From contig JACRCW010000108.1 of NCBI GenBank assembly GCA_016218805.1, forward strand, positions 1 to 41,667: 41,667 bases of DNA, written 5' to 3'. Positions within the stretch are counted from its first letter, which is position 1. Every line of letters begins with the position of its first letter. The translations under genes were made by a program, and so were the position numbers. Source of the DNA: Deltaproteobacteria bacterium. GTDB taxonomy: Bacteria; Myxococcota; JACRCW01. The notes under the pieces are model-generated. The model did not search any database, was not told the DNA's origin, and worked only from the letters and a program-made list of their open reading frames with translations. Positions 16,243 to 25,782 of the stretch are shown piece after piece.

Positions 16243-16569
16243 TCACCCGCGGAGCGCCGCCTCAATGTCCGCCAGGCGCCACGTGTCAGGTCCATAGCGG
16301 CCCAGGATCTCACCGGGTTGCCCCGCCCCGACGAGGAACGGCCCCGTGTTGCCCGCGCTGAGCTGGTAGCTGCCTTCCGGCTTGCGGACCTCCAGCACGC
16401 CCTCCGCCGTCCCGCGCAACACGCGCCGCACCTGCAGACGCACCACCTGCGGGGGGGCCTTGCCCGGCGTGGACGGCGTTTCCGTTGCCACCACTTCCAC
16501 CACGTCCGCCTCCACCACCAGCACAGCGGACGGCAGGACCCACGCCAGCGGTTCAGGAGGCTTGGCCAT
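16243..16569 (-). CDS. Hypothetical protein (108 aa, beta-rich)
   Basis: GGGGAG RBS, GC3-biased codons, fills the intergenic gap. Confidence 0.65.
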   Translation of the reverse strand: MAKPPEPLAWVLPSAVLVVEADVVEVVATETPSTPGKAPPQVVRLQVRRVLRGTAEGVLEVRKPEGSYQLSAGNTGPFLVGAGQPGEILGRYGPDTWRLADIEAALRG

Positions 16570-16735
16570 GGCGCTCCCCTATCCCGCCCGCGCCGGGGAC
16601 GCACCACGGCAACCACCCATCCTCCCGTTGACGTATGCCTTCCTCGACGGATCTCACCCCGTGACGCTGTTCATCGCGTGGTGCGCTCGCTAGCGTCCCG
16701 CCGTTCGGGGAAACCCCCGTTGTGGAGCGGTGTCA

Positions 16736-19700
16736 ATGACTCAGGGACTGTTCGTGTCCACGTCCGTCGTGCCGCCGTTGGCGCGCGCGGAATCGCCCGA
16801 AGTGTTCGGCGGCAGGCAGACCGAGGGTGAGGCCCTCCTCAAAGCCCACGAGCGTGCATTGTCGACGGGCGGCGGCGTGCTGCTGCTGTCAGGCCCGCGC
16901 GGCGTGGGGAAGGGCGCGCTGTTGGCCGGGCTGCGGCAGTCCATCCTCCGCGCGGGACGCGGGCCGGTGTTCCACGGCAGCGCGCGCGGCCAGCACCGCC
17001 CGTACGCTGCCCTGGCGGACGCATTGCGTGACGCGCTGGGCCACCTGGACACCCTGGGCACCGGCCATGAGCTGCGCGTGCGCCACCACGGTGCGCTCGC
17101 CGTCATGGACCCCGCCCTCACCGCCCGCCCTGACGCCACCGCCCTCCCGCCCAGCCGCCTGGGCTTCCATGAGGCCACCCTCGCGCTGTGCCGTGACGTG
17201 CTGGCCCGCTCCGGCGCCACGCTGGTCCTTGCGGACCTGCAGGACGGCACGGAGGACACGCTGGCCGTCTGCCGCTACCTGGCCTTGCACCTGCCGGACC
17301 CGCGCGCGGCGCTGCGCGGCGCGCTCGTCGTGTCGCTGACTGAGGACGGCCGCGGCGGCGCCCTGGCCGACGAGCTGGGCGCGCTGCTCCACGTGGAGCG
17401 GGTGCGCGTGGGCGGCCTGGACCGGGACGGGCTGGTGCGCTTCCTGCGCGGTTCCACCGCGGTGGACCGCCTGCTGGCGGCGTCCGGTGGCCGCCCCACG
17501 GACGTGGATGAGTTGCTGCAGGCGCTCCCGCTGGACGTGGGCGCCCTGTTGGGCGCGCGGCTGGACCGCCTGGGCGAGCGGGCCCGCGCGGTGGCGGAAG
17601 CGCTGTGCACGTGTGACGCCCCGCTGGGCGTGGACGCCATCTCCGCCATGACCAGCACCCCCCCGCACGCGCTCGCCGCGCCGCTGGGGGCGCTCACCGA
17701 GGAAGGCCTGGTCACCCGGCGCGTTGCCAATGGCGCGCTGCTGTTTACGCTGGCCCGCCCCACGCACGCGGAGCGCCTGCGCGCCGCGCTGCCGCCGGAC
17801 CGCGCCGCCCGCCTGCACCACGCCCTGGCGGTGCACCTGGAGGCCAAGGGCGCGGCGCTGATGGAGGGCGGGGACCAACACCTGGCCGAGCACTTCCTGG
17901 CCGCCGGCAACGCGGAATCCGGCGTGGCCTACGCGCTGTCCGCCACCGAGCGGCTGACGGTGGCCCACGCCTGGGGCGCGGCCATTGAGCTGCTGGACCG
18001 CGCGCTCCCCCTGGCCGCGCGCACCCCGGAGCGCCTGGCCATCCTGGGCCGCCGCTCTGAGCTGTACCAGCTGCGCGGTGACCTGGTTCCCGCGTTGGCG
18101 GATGCCGGCCGCGCGCGCGCGCTGCTGCCCGCCGCCGAGCGCGGTCCCGCCTGGCGCCGCCTGGGCGAGCTGCTGTCTGAGACCGGCCGCCCGCGCCTGG
18201 CCGTGCGCGCGCTGGACCGCGCGCTGGCGCTGGCTGCCGGTGCCCCGGACGCCGCCGAGCCGGGCCTGTGCGAAGCCGCCCTGGCCGACGCGCTGTACGT
18301 CGCCGGTGACCGGGACGCTGCCCGCGCGCGTGCCCGCGCCGCGCTTGCACGCACCGGCCTGTCGGAGTTGCACCGCATCCGCGTGCGCAACACGCTGGGC
18401 AAGCTGTCGCTCGCCGCCGAGGAATGGGAGCAGGCCCGCGCGCTGTTCACCGAAAACCGCGACGCCGCCGCCCGCACCGCGCTTCCGGCGGAGGTGACCC
18501 GGTCCGAGATCAACCTGGGCGTGCTGGCGTTCCGCCGCGGCCAATATGACCAGGCGGAGGCGCACCTGGGGCGCGCGCTGCGCCTGGCGGAGGAGAACGC
18601 GGACCTGCCCAACCAGGCTTTCTGCGTGCTCAACCTCGGCTCGCTGCGCCACCAGCGCCGTGACCTGGCCCAGGCGCTGCGGCTGCACCATGAATCGCTC
18701 GCCCTGTTCACCCGCATCGGCAACCGCGCGGAGATGGCCCGCGCGCGTCTCAACGTCGCCAACCTGTCGCTGGTGCTGGGTGACCATGACCAGGCGGAGG
18801 ACCACCTGGGCCGCGCGGGCGAGCTGCTCAGCCTCTCCGGGCTGTCCACGCAGCAGGCCTATCTGGCCGCGCTGCGCGGGGATCTCGCGCTGTCCCGCGG
18901 CCAGCCCGCGGCCGCGCGGGAGGCCTACCAGGGCGCCCGCCGCCTGTACGCGGAAGCCGGCCAGCGCGGCCGCGTGGCCGAGCAGTGGCTGCGCCTGGCC
19001 CAGGCCGCCCTGCGTGCGGGGGACCCCTCCTCTGTCGACGAGGCGCTGGGCCACCTGGGCGCACAGCGCGCCGAACTGGACCACCCGCGCCTGCGCGTGG
19101 AAGCCCGCGTGGCCGAAGCGCGCGCCATGCTGCTGGCCACGCCCTCCGCCGAGGCCGCCACCCGCGCCGCCGCCCTGGTGGACGACGCCCGCGCGCAGCT
19201 GCCCGAACCGGCGGACCCCGAGGTGCTGGCGCTCATTGCGTACACCGAGGGTGAGCTGTGGGCCGCCCGCGGTGACTCCCGCCGCGCCGAGAAGCTGGGC
19301 GCCGTGGCCCGGGACCACCTGCACCGCGCCGCCGCGGACCTCCCGCCCGCCCTGCGGGACGGCTACGTCCGCTCGCGCGCCGCGCTGCTGGGGCCCGCGG
19401 CTCCCGTGGCCGCCCGCCCGTCGGTGGACACCGCCAGCACCCCGCCCGTTGAGACGGGCGCCACCGAGCCGCCCGTGCCCGCCTCGCGCCCCGAGCCGTG
19501 GACGGTCCGCTACGGCGCCATGGTCGGCAGTTCGCCCGCGCTGTTCCGCCTGTTCAGCCGGCTGGACCGCCTGGCCGGCTCCACCTCCACCGTCCTCATC
19601 CGCGGCGAATCCGGCACGGGCAAGGAGCTGGTGGCCAACGCGCTGCACGCGCAGAGCCCGCGGGCCAGCGCGCCGCTGGTGAAGGTCAACTGCGGCGCCC

Positions 19701-20548
19701 TGGTGGAGACGCTGCTGCTGTCGGAGCTGTTTGGCCATGAGAAGGGCGCGTTCACCGGCGCGCACCAGCGCAAAGTCGGCCGGTTTGAACTGGCGCGCGG
19801 CGGCACCATCTTCCTGGATGAGATCGGTGACATTTCGCCCAAGACGCAGGTCAGCCTGCTGCGCGTCCTGCAGGAGCGCGTGTTTGAGCGCGTGGGCGGC
19901 GGCGTCACCCTGCGCGCGGACTGCCGCGTCATCTGCGCCACGCACCGGGATCTGGAGGCCATGGTGAAGGCCGGCAGCTTCCGCGAAGACCTCTACTACC
20001 GGCTCAAGGGCGTGGTGGTGGAGACGCCGGCCCTGCGGGACCGCCGCGCGGACATCCCGGAGCTCATTGACCACGTGGCCCGCGCCGCAGCCGCTGAGAT
20101 GGACCGCCCGGCCCCCGCCTTCAGCGCGGCCGCCCTGGAGGCCCTGGCCCGCCATGACTGGCCCGGCAACATCCGCGAACTGGAAAACGCCATCCGCTCG
20201 CTGGTCCTGTTTGCCGAAAACGGGGCCGTGGACGTGGAGCACCTGGCCGAATTGGGCCTGCGATCGCCCCGGCGTGCATCCGCCAACAGCGATCACGCCA
20301 CCGCGCCCGAGGCGATCGGCGCGGGCCTGCCTCCGGGCGGCATTGCGCTGGGGCAGATGAAGAAGAAACTTGAATTTGAAGCCATTTCAAGAGCTCTGGA
20401 GGACGGCCGGGGCAACATCTCCCGGGCGGCAGAACTCTTGCACATGAAGCGTCCCCGCCTGTCCCAGATCGTGAACGGCAACGCGGCGTTGCGGGCGATC
20501 AAGGAGCGATGGCGCGCGGTAGCGGCCGAGGACGGGGGTGAGGCATGA
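16736..20548 (+). CDS. Sigma54-dependent enhancer-binding protein with N-terminal P-loop (AAA_16/STAND-like) and TPR regions
   Basis: VFGGRQTE, GPRGVGKG P-loop, many TPR helices, then [37 protein letters not shown] and Fis HTH GNISRAAELL. GGAG RBS before ATG 16736 (alternative GTG 16730). Confidence 0.92.
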   Translation: MTQGLFVSTSVVPPLARAESPEVFGGRQTEGEALLKAHERALSTGGGVLLLSGPRGVGKGALLAGLRQSILRAGRGPVFHGSARGQHRPYAALADALRDALGHLDTLGTGHELRVRHHGALAVMDPALTARPDATALPPSRLGFHEATLALCRDVLARSGATLVLADLQDGTEDTLAVCRYLALHLPDPRAALRGALVVSLTEDGRGGALADELGALLHVERVRVGGLDRDGLVRFLRGSTAVDRLLAASGGRPTDVDELLQALPLDVGALLGARLDRLGERARAVAEALCTCDAPLGVDAISAMTSTPPHALAAPLGALTEEGLVTRRVANGALLFTLARPTHAERLRAALPPDRAARLHHALAVHLEAKGAALMEGGDQHLAEHFLAAGNAESGVAYALSATERLTVAHAWGAAIELLDRALPLAARTPERLAILGRRSELYQLRGDLVPALADAGRARALLPAAERGPAWRRLGELLSETGRPRLAVRALDRALALAAGAPDAAEPGLCEAALADALYVAGDRDAARARARAALARTGLSELHRIRVRNTLGKLSLAAEEWEQARALFTENRDAAARTALPAEVTRSEINLGVLAFRRGQYDQAEAHLGRALRLAEENADLPNQAFCVLNLGSLRHQRRDLAQALRLHHESLALFTRIGNRAEMARARLNVANLSLVLGDHDQAEDHLGRAGELLSLSGLSTQQAYLAALRGDLALSRGQPAAAREAYQGARRLYAEAGQRGRVAEQWLRLAQAALRAGDPSSVDEALGHLGAQRAELDHPRLRVEARVAEARAMLLATPSAEAATRAAALVDDARAQLPEPADPEVLALIAYTEGELWAARGDSRRAEKLGAVARDHLHRAAADLPPALRDGYVRSRAALLGPAAPVAARPSVDTASTPPVETGATEPPVPASRPEPWTVRYGAMVGSSPALFRLFSRLDRLAGSTSTVLIRGESGTGKELVANALHAQSPRASAPLVKVNCGALVETLLLSELFGHEKGAFTGAHQRKVGRFELARGGTIFLDEIGDISPKTQVSLLRVLQERVFERVGGGVTLRADCRVICATHRDLEAMVKAGSFREDLYYRLKGVVVETPALRDRRADIPELIDHVARAAAAEMDRPAPAFSAAALEALARHDWPGNIRELENAIRSLVLFAENGAVDVEHLAELGLRSPRRASANSDHATAPEAIGAGLPPGGIALGQMKKKLEFEAISRALEDGRGNISRAAELLHMKRPRLSQIVNGNAALRAIKERWRAVAAEDGGEA

Positions 20549-21570
20549 AAACGCCGCGCAGGTTTGGACAGGTCATTGGGAGCATGGGTGTGGTCATGAA
20601 GCGGACGGCTTGGGTGGTGGGTGCAGCGCTGTGGGCGGCTGCGTGTCTGGGACCGGTGGAGGGGGAGCATCCCTCCGCCGCGGCGCTGACCGGCGGCCGG
20701 CCGGGCGAAATCGCCCTGGTGCCGGTGGTCAACGTGGACGGGCTGGAGGCGCTGACCAACCGGTCCGTGGGGACGGTGTTTGTCAACGAGGTGCTGCTCA
20801 ACGCCACGGACGTGCGCCTGTGGGACGGCGAAGGCAACCGGCGCAGCATCCTGGCCGAGCCCCAATACCTGCTGCGTTATGACCCCGCCGCCGGCGAGAC
20901 CGGCCTGTCCCGCCTGTGGGCGCCGGCCGACGGCCGCTACCAGACGCTCACGCTGGACGTGGGGCCGCTGACATTGTCCCACGGCCAGGCGCAGGAGGAG
21001 GCGCGGGCGCGCGGGTTTGACATCTCAGACCTGGCGGGTGCCAGCGTGCTCATCCGCGGCGTCATGGTGACGGAGACCGCGGGGCCGCAGGCCCAGCTGC
21101 TGCACGCCACGTCCACGGAGTCGGGCTCCGGCTGTCCGGAGGGAGACTCCCAGTGCGAAGGCACCGTCCCGGACACCGCGCCCGCGGACGGCCCGGTGGC
21201 CGTGGACAACGGCACGGTCCCGGACACCGCACCCGCCCGTGACGAGGTCGGCTCGCAGGCCGGCGGGCTGGCCGGCAAGGTTGGCGCGGCCATGCCCATG
21301 CGGACCTACCGCGCGTTCTCGCTGGTGAGCACCGGGGCCTTCATGCTGGGCACCAACCTGGACCCGCTGGTCATGGAGGGCGGCGGTGCGGTCACGCTGC
21401 ACCTGGACGTGGACGCGCTGTTCACGGACGAGCGCATTGCCGAACTGCGCCAGGCCGTCCGCGACCAGCGCACCGGCGACATTGTGCGCACCGTCAACGG
21501 TGCGGAACTGTCCGGCTCCGTGTCCGTCCACTCCAAGGACGTGAACGTCAACCCCATCATCCGGCGCTGA
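20545..21570 (+). CDS. Hypothetical exported/lipoprotein coupled to the sigma54 activator
   Basis: ATGA overlap with the upstream stop; hydrophobic segment ending WAAAC; duplicated GTVPDTAPA motif. Confidence 0.7.
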   Translation: MKTPRRFGQVIGSMGVVMKRTAWVVGAALWAAACLGPVEGEHPSAAALTGGRPGEIALVPVVNVDGLEALTNRSVGTVFVNEVLLNATDVRLWDGEGNRRSILAEPQYLLRYDPAAGETGLSRLWAPADGRYQTLTLDVGPLTLSHGQAQEEARARGFDISDLAGASVLIRGVMVTETAGPQAQLLHATSTESGSGCPEGDSQCEGTVPDTAPADGPVAVDNGTVPDTAPARDEVGSQAGGLAGKVGAAMPMRTYRAFSLVSTGAFMLGTNLDPLVMEGGGAVTLHLDVDALFTDERIAELRQAVRDQRTGDIVRTVNGAELSGSVSVHSKDVNVNPIIRR

Positions 21571-21658
21571 CCCACCGCGCGCGGTTGCAAACCCGCCCTG
21601 TTTTGTCCAGAACGCCCACACGGGCGGGCCACCGGCCTCCCCGGAGGGACGGGTCACC

Positions 21659-22414
21659 ATGTTCTCCTGGTTCGGCAGGGATCGGCGGCGTACGGGGGAC
21701 GTGCTCCACGTCGCGCTGCTCATTCTGCTCGCCGTGGGCGGGCTGACGCTGGCCTTCCGGACACCCAATGCGGCGGGCCTGCTGCTGTTCACCGTGGTGG
21801 CGCTGGCCCTGTGGCGGTGGCACCAGCCGCTGGACTTCCTGCTGGCGGGCATTGGCGTCGTGGTGGGTCCCACGCTGGAGTACTTTGCCACGGCCACCGG
21901 GCTGTGGACCTATCCCTACCCGTCCCTGGGGCGGCTGCCGCTGTGGGTGTTTGCGCTGTGGCCGGCCTTCCCGGTGTGCCTGGTGCGCCTGACCTTTGCG
22001 CTGGTCCCTCCGGACGGTAAACACCGCCGGCACCTCGCCCTGGAGGTGGGCGCGGGCCTGGCGGTCCTGGCGCTGGAGATCCCGCTGCTGTGCACGTTTG
22101 GGACGGCGCAACCGGCGTGGACGCTGGCGGGGACCGTGGTGCTGTTGGCCCCCATCGCGTTTCTCATGCGCGGGGTGCACGCCGCGCTGATGCTGCTCAT
22201 CAGCGGCATCGTCGGCCCGCTGTGCGAAAGCCTCCCCGTCGCCATGGGCGCCTGGGGCTACCCCAACCCGGACATCCTGGGCCTGCCCATGTGGCTGCCC
22301 ACCGGGTACGCGCTGTTCGGGTTTGCCATGGTGCGCCTGGCGCTGGGCGCTGACGCCTGGCTGTCCGCCCGCGCCCCGCGCCCGGGCGCGCTGGACGGCG
22401 CCCCCGCGCTCTGA
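21659..22414 (+). CDS. Polytopic membrane protein with internal two-fold repeat (DUF2878/INSIG-like, tentative)
   Basis: About 8 hydrophobic helices; GPTLE...GLWTYPYP..GRLPLW and GPLCE...GAWGYPNP..LGLPMW repeats. Confidence 0.7.
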   Translation: MFSWFGRDRRRTGDVLHVALLILLAVGGLTLAFRTPNAAGLLLFTVVALALWRWHQPLDFLLAGIGVVVGPTLEYFATATGLWTYPYPSLGRLPLWVFALWPAFPVCLVRLTFALVPPDGKHRRHLALEVGAGLAVLALEIPLLCTFGTAQPAWTLAGTVVLLAPIAFLMRGVHAALMLLISGIVGPLCESLPVAMGAWGYPNPDILGLPMWLPTGYALFGFAMVRLALGADAWLSARAPRPGALDGAPAL

Positions 22415-22420
22415 GCTGAG

Positions 22421-23281
22421 ATGCCCGCCACGCTCCGGCTCAACGTCGCCTACGACGGGAGCCACTTCCACGGCTGGCAGCGCATGCCCGGCGTGGCGAC
22501 CATCCAGGAGCATCTGGAGCGCGCGCTGGGGACGGTGCTGCGCGTTCCCGTCGTCGTGAACGCCGCGGGGCGCACGGATGCCGGCGTGCACGCCTGCGGG
22601 CAGGTGTGCAGCGTGGCACTGGCGGGGCCGCTGGATGCGCTGGCGCTGCGGCGGGCCCTGCGCGGGACCAACGCCCTGCTGCCGGACGGAATCGCGGTGA
22701 CGGCGTTGTCCCACCGCCCGGAGGGGTGGCACGCGCGCTTTTCGGCCATTGGGAAGCGGTACGTGTACCGCGTGTTTGATGCGCCCTTCCCCCCGGTGTT
22801 CACACCCACCACGCGCTGGCATGTGCCCCGCCGGCTGGACGTGGAGAGCATGCAGCGCGCCGCGCTGTGCCTGGTGGGGGACCATGACTTTGAGGCGTTC
22901 CGTGCCGCGGGCTGCCAGGCCCGGCACGCGCGCCGCTACCTGTGGCGCGCCTGCGTCACGCGCCATGATGACGACGTGGTGGTGGAGCTGCGCGGGAACG
23001 CGTTTGTGCGTTCGCAGGTGCGGGTGACGGTGGGGACGCTGGTGGAGGTGGGCCTGGGGAAGCGCCCGGAGGCGGACGTGCGCGCCATCCTGGAGGGACG
23101 GGACCGGACGCGCGCCGGCCGGACCGCGCCGCCCTCCGGGCTGTTCCTGGACCGCGTGTACTACGCGGAGGACGCCGCCGAGGCGGACATCCCCCCCGGT
23201 GCCACCTGGCCCGGCTGGCCGCCAGACCCCGGCGCGCCCCGCCGCCACGCGCCACCGCCGGACCACGACGACGACGAATGA
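22421..23281 (+). CDS. truA: tRNA pseudouridine(38-40) synthase TruA
   Basis: VAYDGSHFHGWQ, AGRTDAGVHA, HARFSA, GDHDFEAF, GNAF, TAPPSGLFL. Confidence 0.96.
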   Translation: MPATLRLNVAYDGSHFHGWQRMPGVATIQEHLERALGTVLRVPVVVNAAGRTDAGVHACGQVCSVALAGPLDALALRRALRGTNALLPDGIAVTALSHRPEGWHARFSAIGKRYVYRVFDAPFPPVFTPTTRWHVPRRLDVESMQRAALCLVGDHDFEAFRAAGCQARHARRYLWRACVTRHDDDVVVELRGNAFVRSQVRVTVGTLVEVGLGKRPEADVRAILEGRDRTRAGRTAPPSGLFLDRVYYAEDAAEADIPPGATWPGWPPDPGAPRRHAPPPDHDDDE

Positions 23282-23436
23282 CCGCCCCGATCACGTGGAC
23301 CGCCTGCCGAGCCCTGGCTCAGCGGGTGCGTGGTCCGTGCGAGAATCCACGCTTGTAGACATGAGTAGACATGACAATGCCCGTCCTGCGGCCCGGGCCG
23401 CCCGCGCGCTCCGTCGTCGAGGGCGTCGTGGAACGC

Positions 23437-23625
23437 ACCCATGCAACCCACGCGGGTGCCCCTGCAGCCCACGCTCCCACCCTCGCAGCCCACGCTCCCA
23501 CCCTTGCAGCCCCACGCTCCCACCCGTGCAGCCCACGCTCCCACCCTTGCAGCCCCACGCTCCCACCCGTGCAGCCCACGCTCCCACCCTTGCAGCCCAC
23601 GCTCCCACCCTTGCAGCCCCACGCT
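23437..23625. repeat. Intergenic tandem array of 21/22-bp units, consensus GCAGCCC(C)ACGCTCCCACCCTT; 8 copies (last partial) plus one degenerate leading copy
   Basis: Read directly; unit lengths 21,21,22,21,22,21,21, partial. No unique spacers. Confidence 0.95.
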
Positions 23626-23909
23626 GGTGCCATGGCACACCGCAAGGGCACCAGCGTGCAGGTGAAATGCATGGAGCGTGGCCTGCGCCGCTGAAAGCGT
23701 GGGGCGTCGGGACGCCAGCGTGACGCGCCGGCGGAGCAGCGTGGGAACCCAAGGGCGGGAGCGGGCCGTGCCCGGAGGGGAGCGCGGCCTGCGTTGCCGT
23801 CAAGCAACGTCTGCGAGCGGTTGCACGGCAAGGGCTCCGCGTCCGGGCCCGCCCTCCGCCGCCCTCCGCCGGCGGCGGCGGTTGCATCGTTCGCGCGCGG
23901 GCTCCTAGC

Positions 23910-25472
23910 TTGCCGCGCGTGTCCGGGCCCCGCTCCATCCTGACGCTGTTTGATGACCCGCGCGGCCCGGCGGCGCCCGCGCAACCGGGGGGCAAGCCGG
24001 CCGACGGCGCCCGCCCGCAGTCCGTGACGGAGGTGGTGCGCGCCTCCCGCATGCTGGTGGAGCAGCGCTTTCCGCGCGTGCGCGTGCAGGGCGAAGTGAG
24101 CGACTACCGCGCGCGCGGTTCCGCGGGGCACCTGTATTTCACGCTCAAGGACCAGGTGTCCGCGCTGCCCGTGGTGATGTGGGAGTCGGACGCGCGGCGG
24201 CTGCGCTTCAAGCTGGCGGCGGGGCAGCAGGTCATCGCCACCGGAAAGCTGACGCTCTACGAAGCGCAGGGCCGCTTCCAGCTGCAGGCCACCGCGCTGG
24301 AGCCCGCCGGGCAGGGCGCGCTGGCCGCAGCGTATGAGGCGCTGCGCGCGCGGCTGGAGGCGGAAGGGTTGTTTGCGCCGGCGCGCAAGAAGCAACTCCC
24401 GGCCCACCCGCGAGTGGTGGGCGTGGTGACCAGCCCGGAGGGCGCTGCGTGGCAGGACGTGCTGCGCGTGCTGCGGCGGCGCGCGCCCGGCGTGCACGTG
24501 CTGTTGTCCGCGGCGCGCGTGCAGGGGGCGGGCGCGTCGCAGGAGATCGCCGCGGCGCTGACGCGGCTGGACCGGGACGGGCGTGCGGACGTGATCATCG
24601 TGGCGCGCGGGGGCGGGGCCGCGGAGGACCTGGCCGCGTTCAATGATGAAGCACTGGCCCGCGCCCTGGCCGCGTGCGCCACACCGGTGGTGTCCGGCGT
24701 GGGCCATGAGACGGACACGACCATCTGCGACTGGGTGGCGGACGTGCGCGCGCCCACGCCGTCGGCCGCGGCGGAGCTGGTGGTCCCCGACCGGCAGAAG
24801 ACCCGCGAGGCGCTGGCCCACCTGCACGAGCGCCTCCAGAGCGCGATGGCCGGGAAAGGCCGCGCGGCGGAGCTGGCGCTGTTGCGGCTGCAGCAGCGGC
24901 TGGGTGACGGACGGGACCTGCTGCGCCCGCGCGCCCAGGCGCTGGATGACCTGGACGAGCGGCTGCGCCACGCGCTCCGCCGCCGGACGCGGGAGACGCG
25001 GGAGCGGTTGACGGCGTGCTCCACGCGGTTGGACCGCGCGCATCCGGTCCGGCACCTGCGCGCCCAGCGCGAGCGGCTGGACCGCCTGCGGGGCGCGCTG
25101 CAGTCCGCGGCCACCCGGCGCCGCCAGCTGGCGCGGGAACGGGTCACGCACGCCGCCGCGCGGTTGGAGCGCGCCCGCCCGGAGCGGCGGCTGCGCGCGG
25201 GCGGGGACGCGCTGGCGCGCCTGGAACAGCGGCTGCGCGGCGCGTTTGACCGCGCGGCGCGGGCCGCCCGGGAGCGGTGGTCCACGGACGCCGCGCGGCT
25301 GCAGGCGCTCAGCCCGCTGGCGGTGCTCTCGCGGGGGTATGCCGTGGTACAGCGCGCTCCCGACGGCACCGTGGTCCGCGACCCCGCGGATGCGCCGGCC
25401 GGCACGGAGCTGTCCGTCCGGGTGGCCGGCGGGGTCATTGACGCGGTGTCGCGCGGAGGCAGCAAGCCATGA
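23910..25472 (+). CDS. xseA: Exodeoxyribonuclease VII large subunit
   Basis: VQGEVSDY, GHLYFTLKD, GVVTSPEGAA, VARGGG.AEDL.AFNDE, SGVGHETD, PTPSAAAE, LSPLAVLSRGYAVV. Start uncertain (TTG 23910 or GTG 23919). Confidence 0.95.
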   Translation: MPRVSGPRSILTLFDDPRGPAAPAQPGGKPADGARPQSVTEVVRASRMLVEQRFPRVRVQGEVSDYRARGSAGHLYFTLKDQVSALPVVMWESDARRLRFKLAAGQQVIATGKLTLYEAQGRFQLQATALEPAGQGALAAAYEALRARLEAEGLFAPARKKQLPAHPRVVGVVTSPEGAAWQDVLRVLRRRAPGVHVLLSAARVQGAGASQEIAAALTRLDRDGRADVIIVARGGGAAEDLAAFNDEALARALAACATPVVSGVGHETDTTICDWVADVRAPTPSAAAELVVPDRQKTREALAHLHERLQSAMAGKGRAAELALLRLQQRLGDGRDLLRPRAQALDDLDERLRHALRRRTRETRERLTACSTRLDRAHPVRHLRAQRERLDRLRGALQSAATRRRQLARERVTHAAARLERARPERRLRAGGDALARLEQRLRGAFDRAARAARERWSTDAARLQALSPLAVLSRGYAVVQRAPDGTVVRDPADAPAGTELSVRVAGGVIDAVSRGGSKP

Positions 25473-25759
25473 AGGGCATCCGGGCAACGACGTCAGGCGA
25501 GGCGGGCGAGGAGCGCTTTGAGGCCCTCATGGCGCGGCTGGAGCAACTGGTGGCGGCGCTGGAGAAGGGTGACCTGCCGTTGGAAGAGGCGCTCAAGGCG
25601 TTTGAGGAGGGCGTGTCCCTGGTGCGGCGCGGCCAGGGCCGGCTGGAAGACATGGAACGCCGCATTGAACAGCTGATGGCCAACGGCACCACCCGGCCGC
25701 TGGCTGAGCCCGCGCCCTCCCGCGCCACGGCCGACGACCCCGACAAGATCCCGTTCTGA
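25469..25759 (+). CDS. xseB: Exodeoxyribonuclease VII small subunit
   Basis: FEALMARLEQLVAALEKGDLPLEEALKAFEEGVSL; ATGA overlap with xseA. Confidence 0.95.
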   Translation: MKGIRATTSGEAGEERFEALMARLEQLVAALEKGDLPLEEALKAFEEGVSLVRRGQGRLEDMERRIEQLMANGTTRPLAEPAPSRATADDPDKIPF

Positions 25760-25782
25760 GGCCATCCCGCACGAGGCAGAGA

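Noticed and set aside
16889..20296. 1135-aa minus-strand ORF and similar long antisense ORFs (1459-2934, 21557-23266, 23319-25487, 35375-37141)
   Set aside because: Shadow frames of well-supported genes, expected in high-GC DNA; no motifs.
23437..23625. Tandem array as a CRISPR array
   Set aside because: Units are contiguous with no unique spacers, and there are no cas genes in the window.
23371..23694. 107-aa ORF and other ORFs crossing the array
   Set aside because: No RBS or recognisable domain, and the repeat is read in all three frames in turn. Not called as a CDS.
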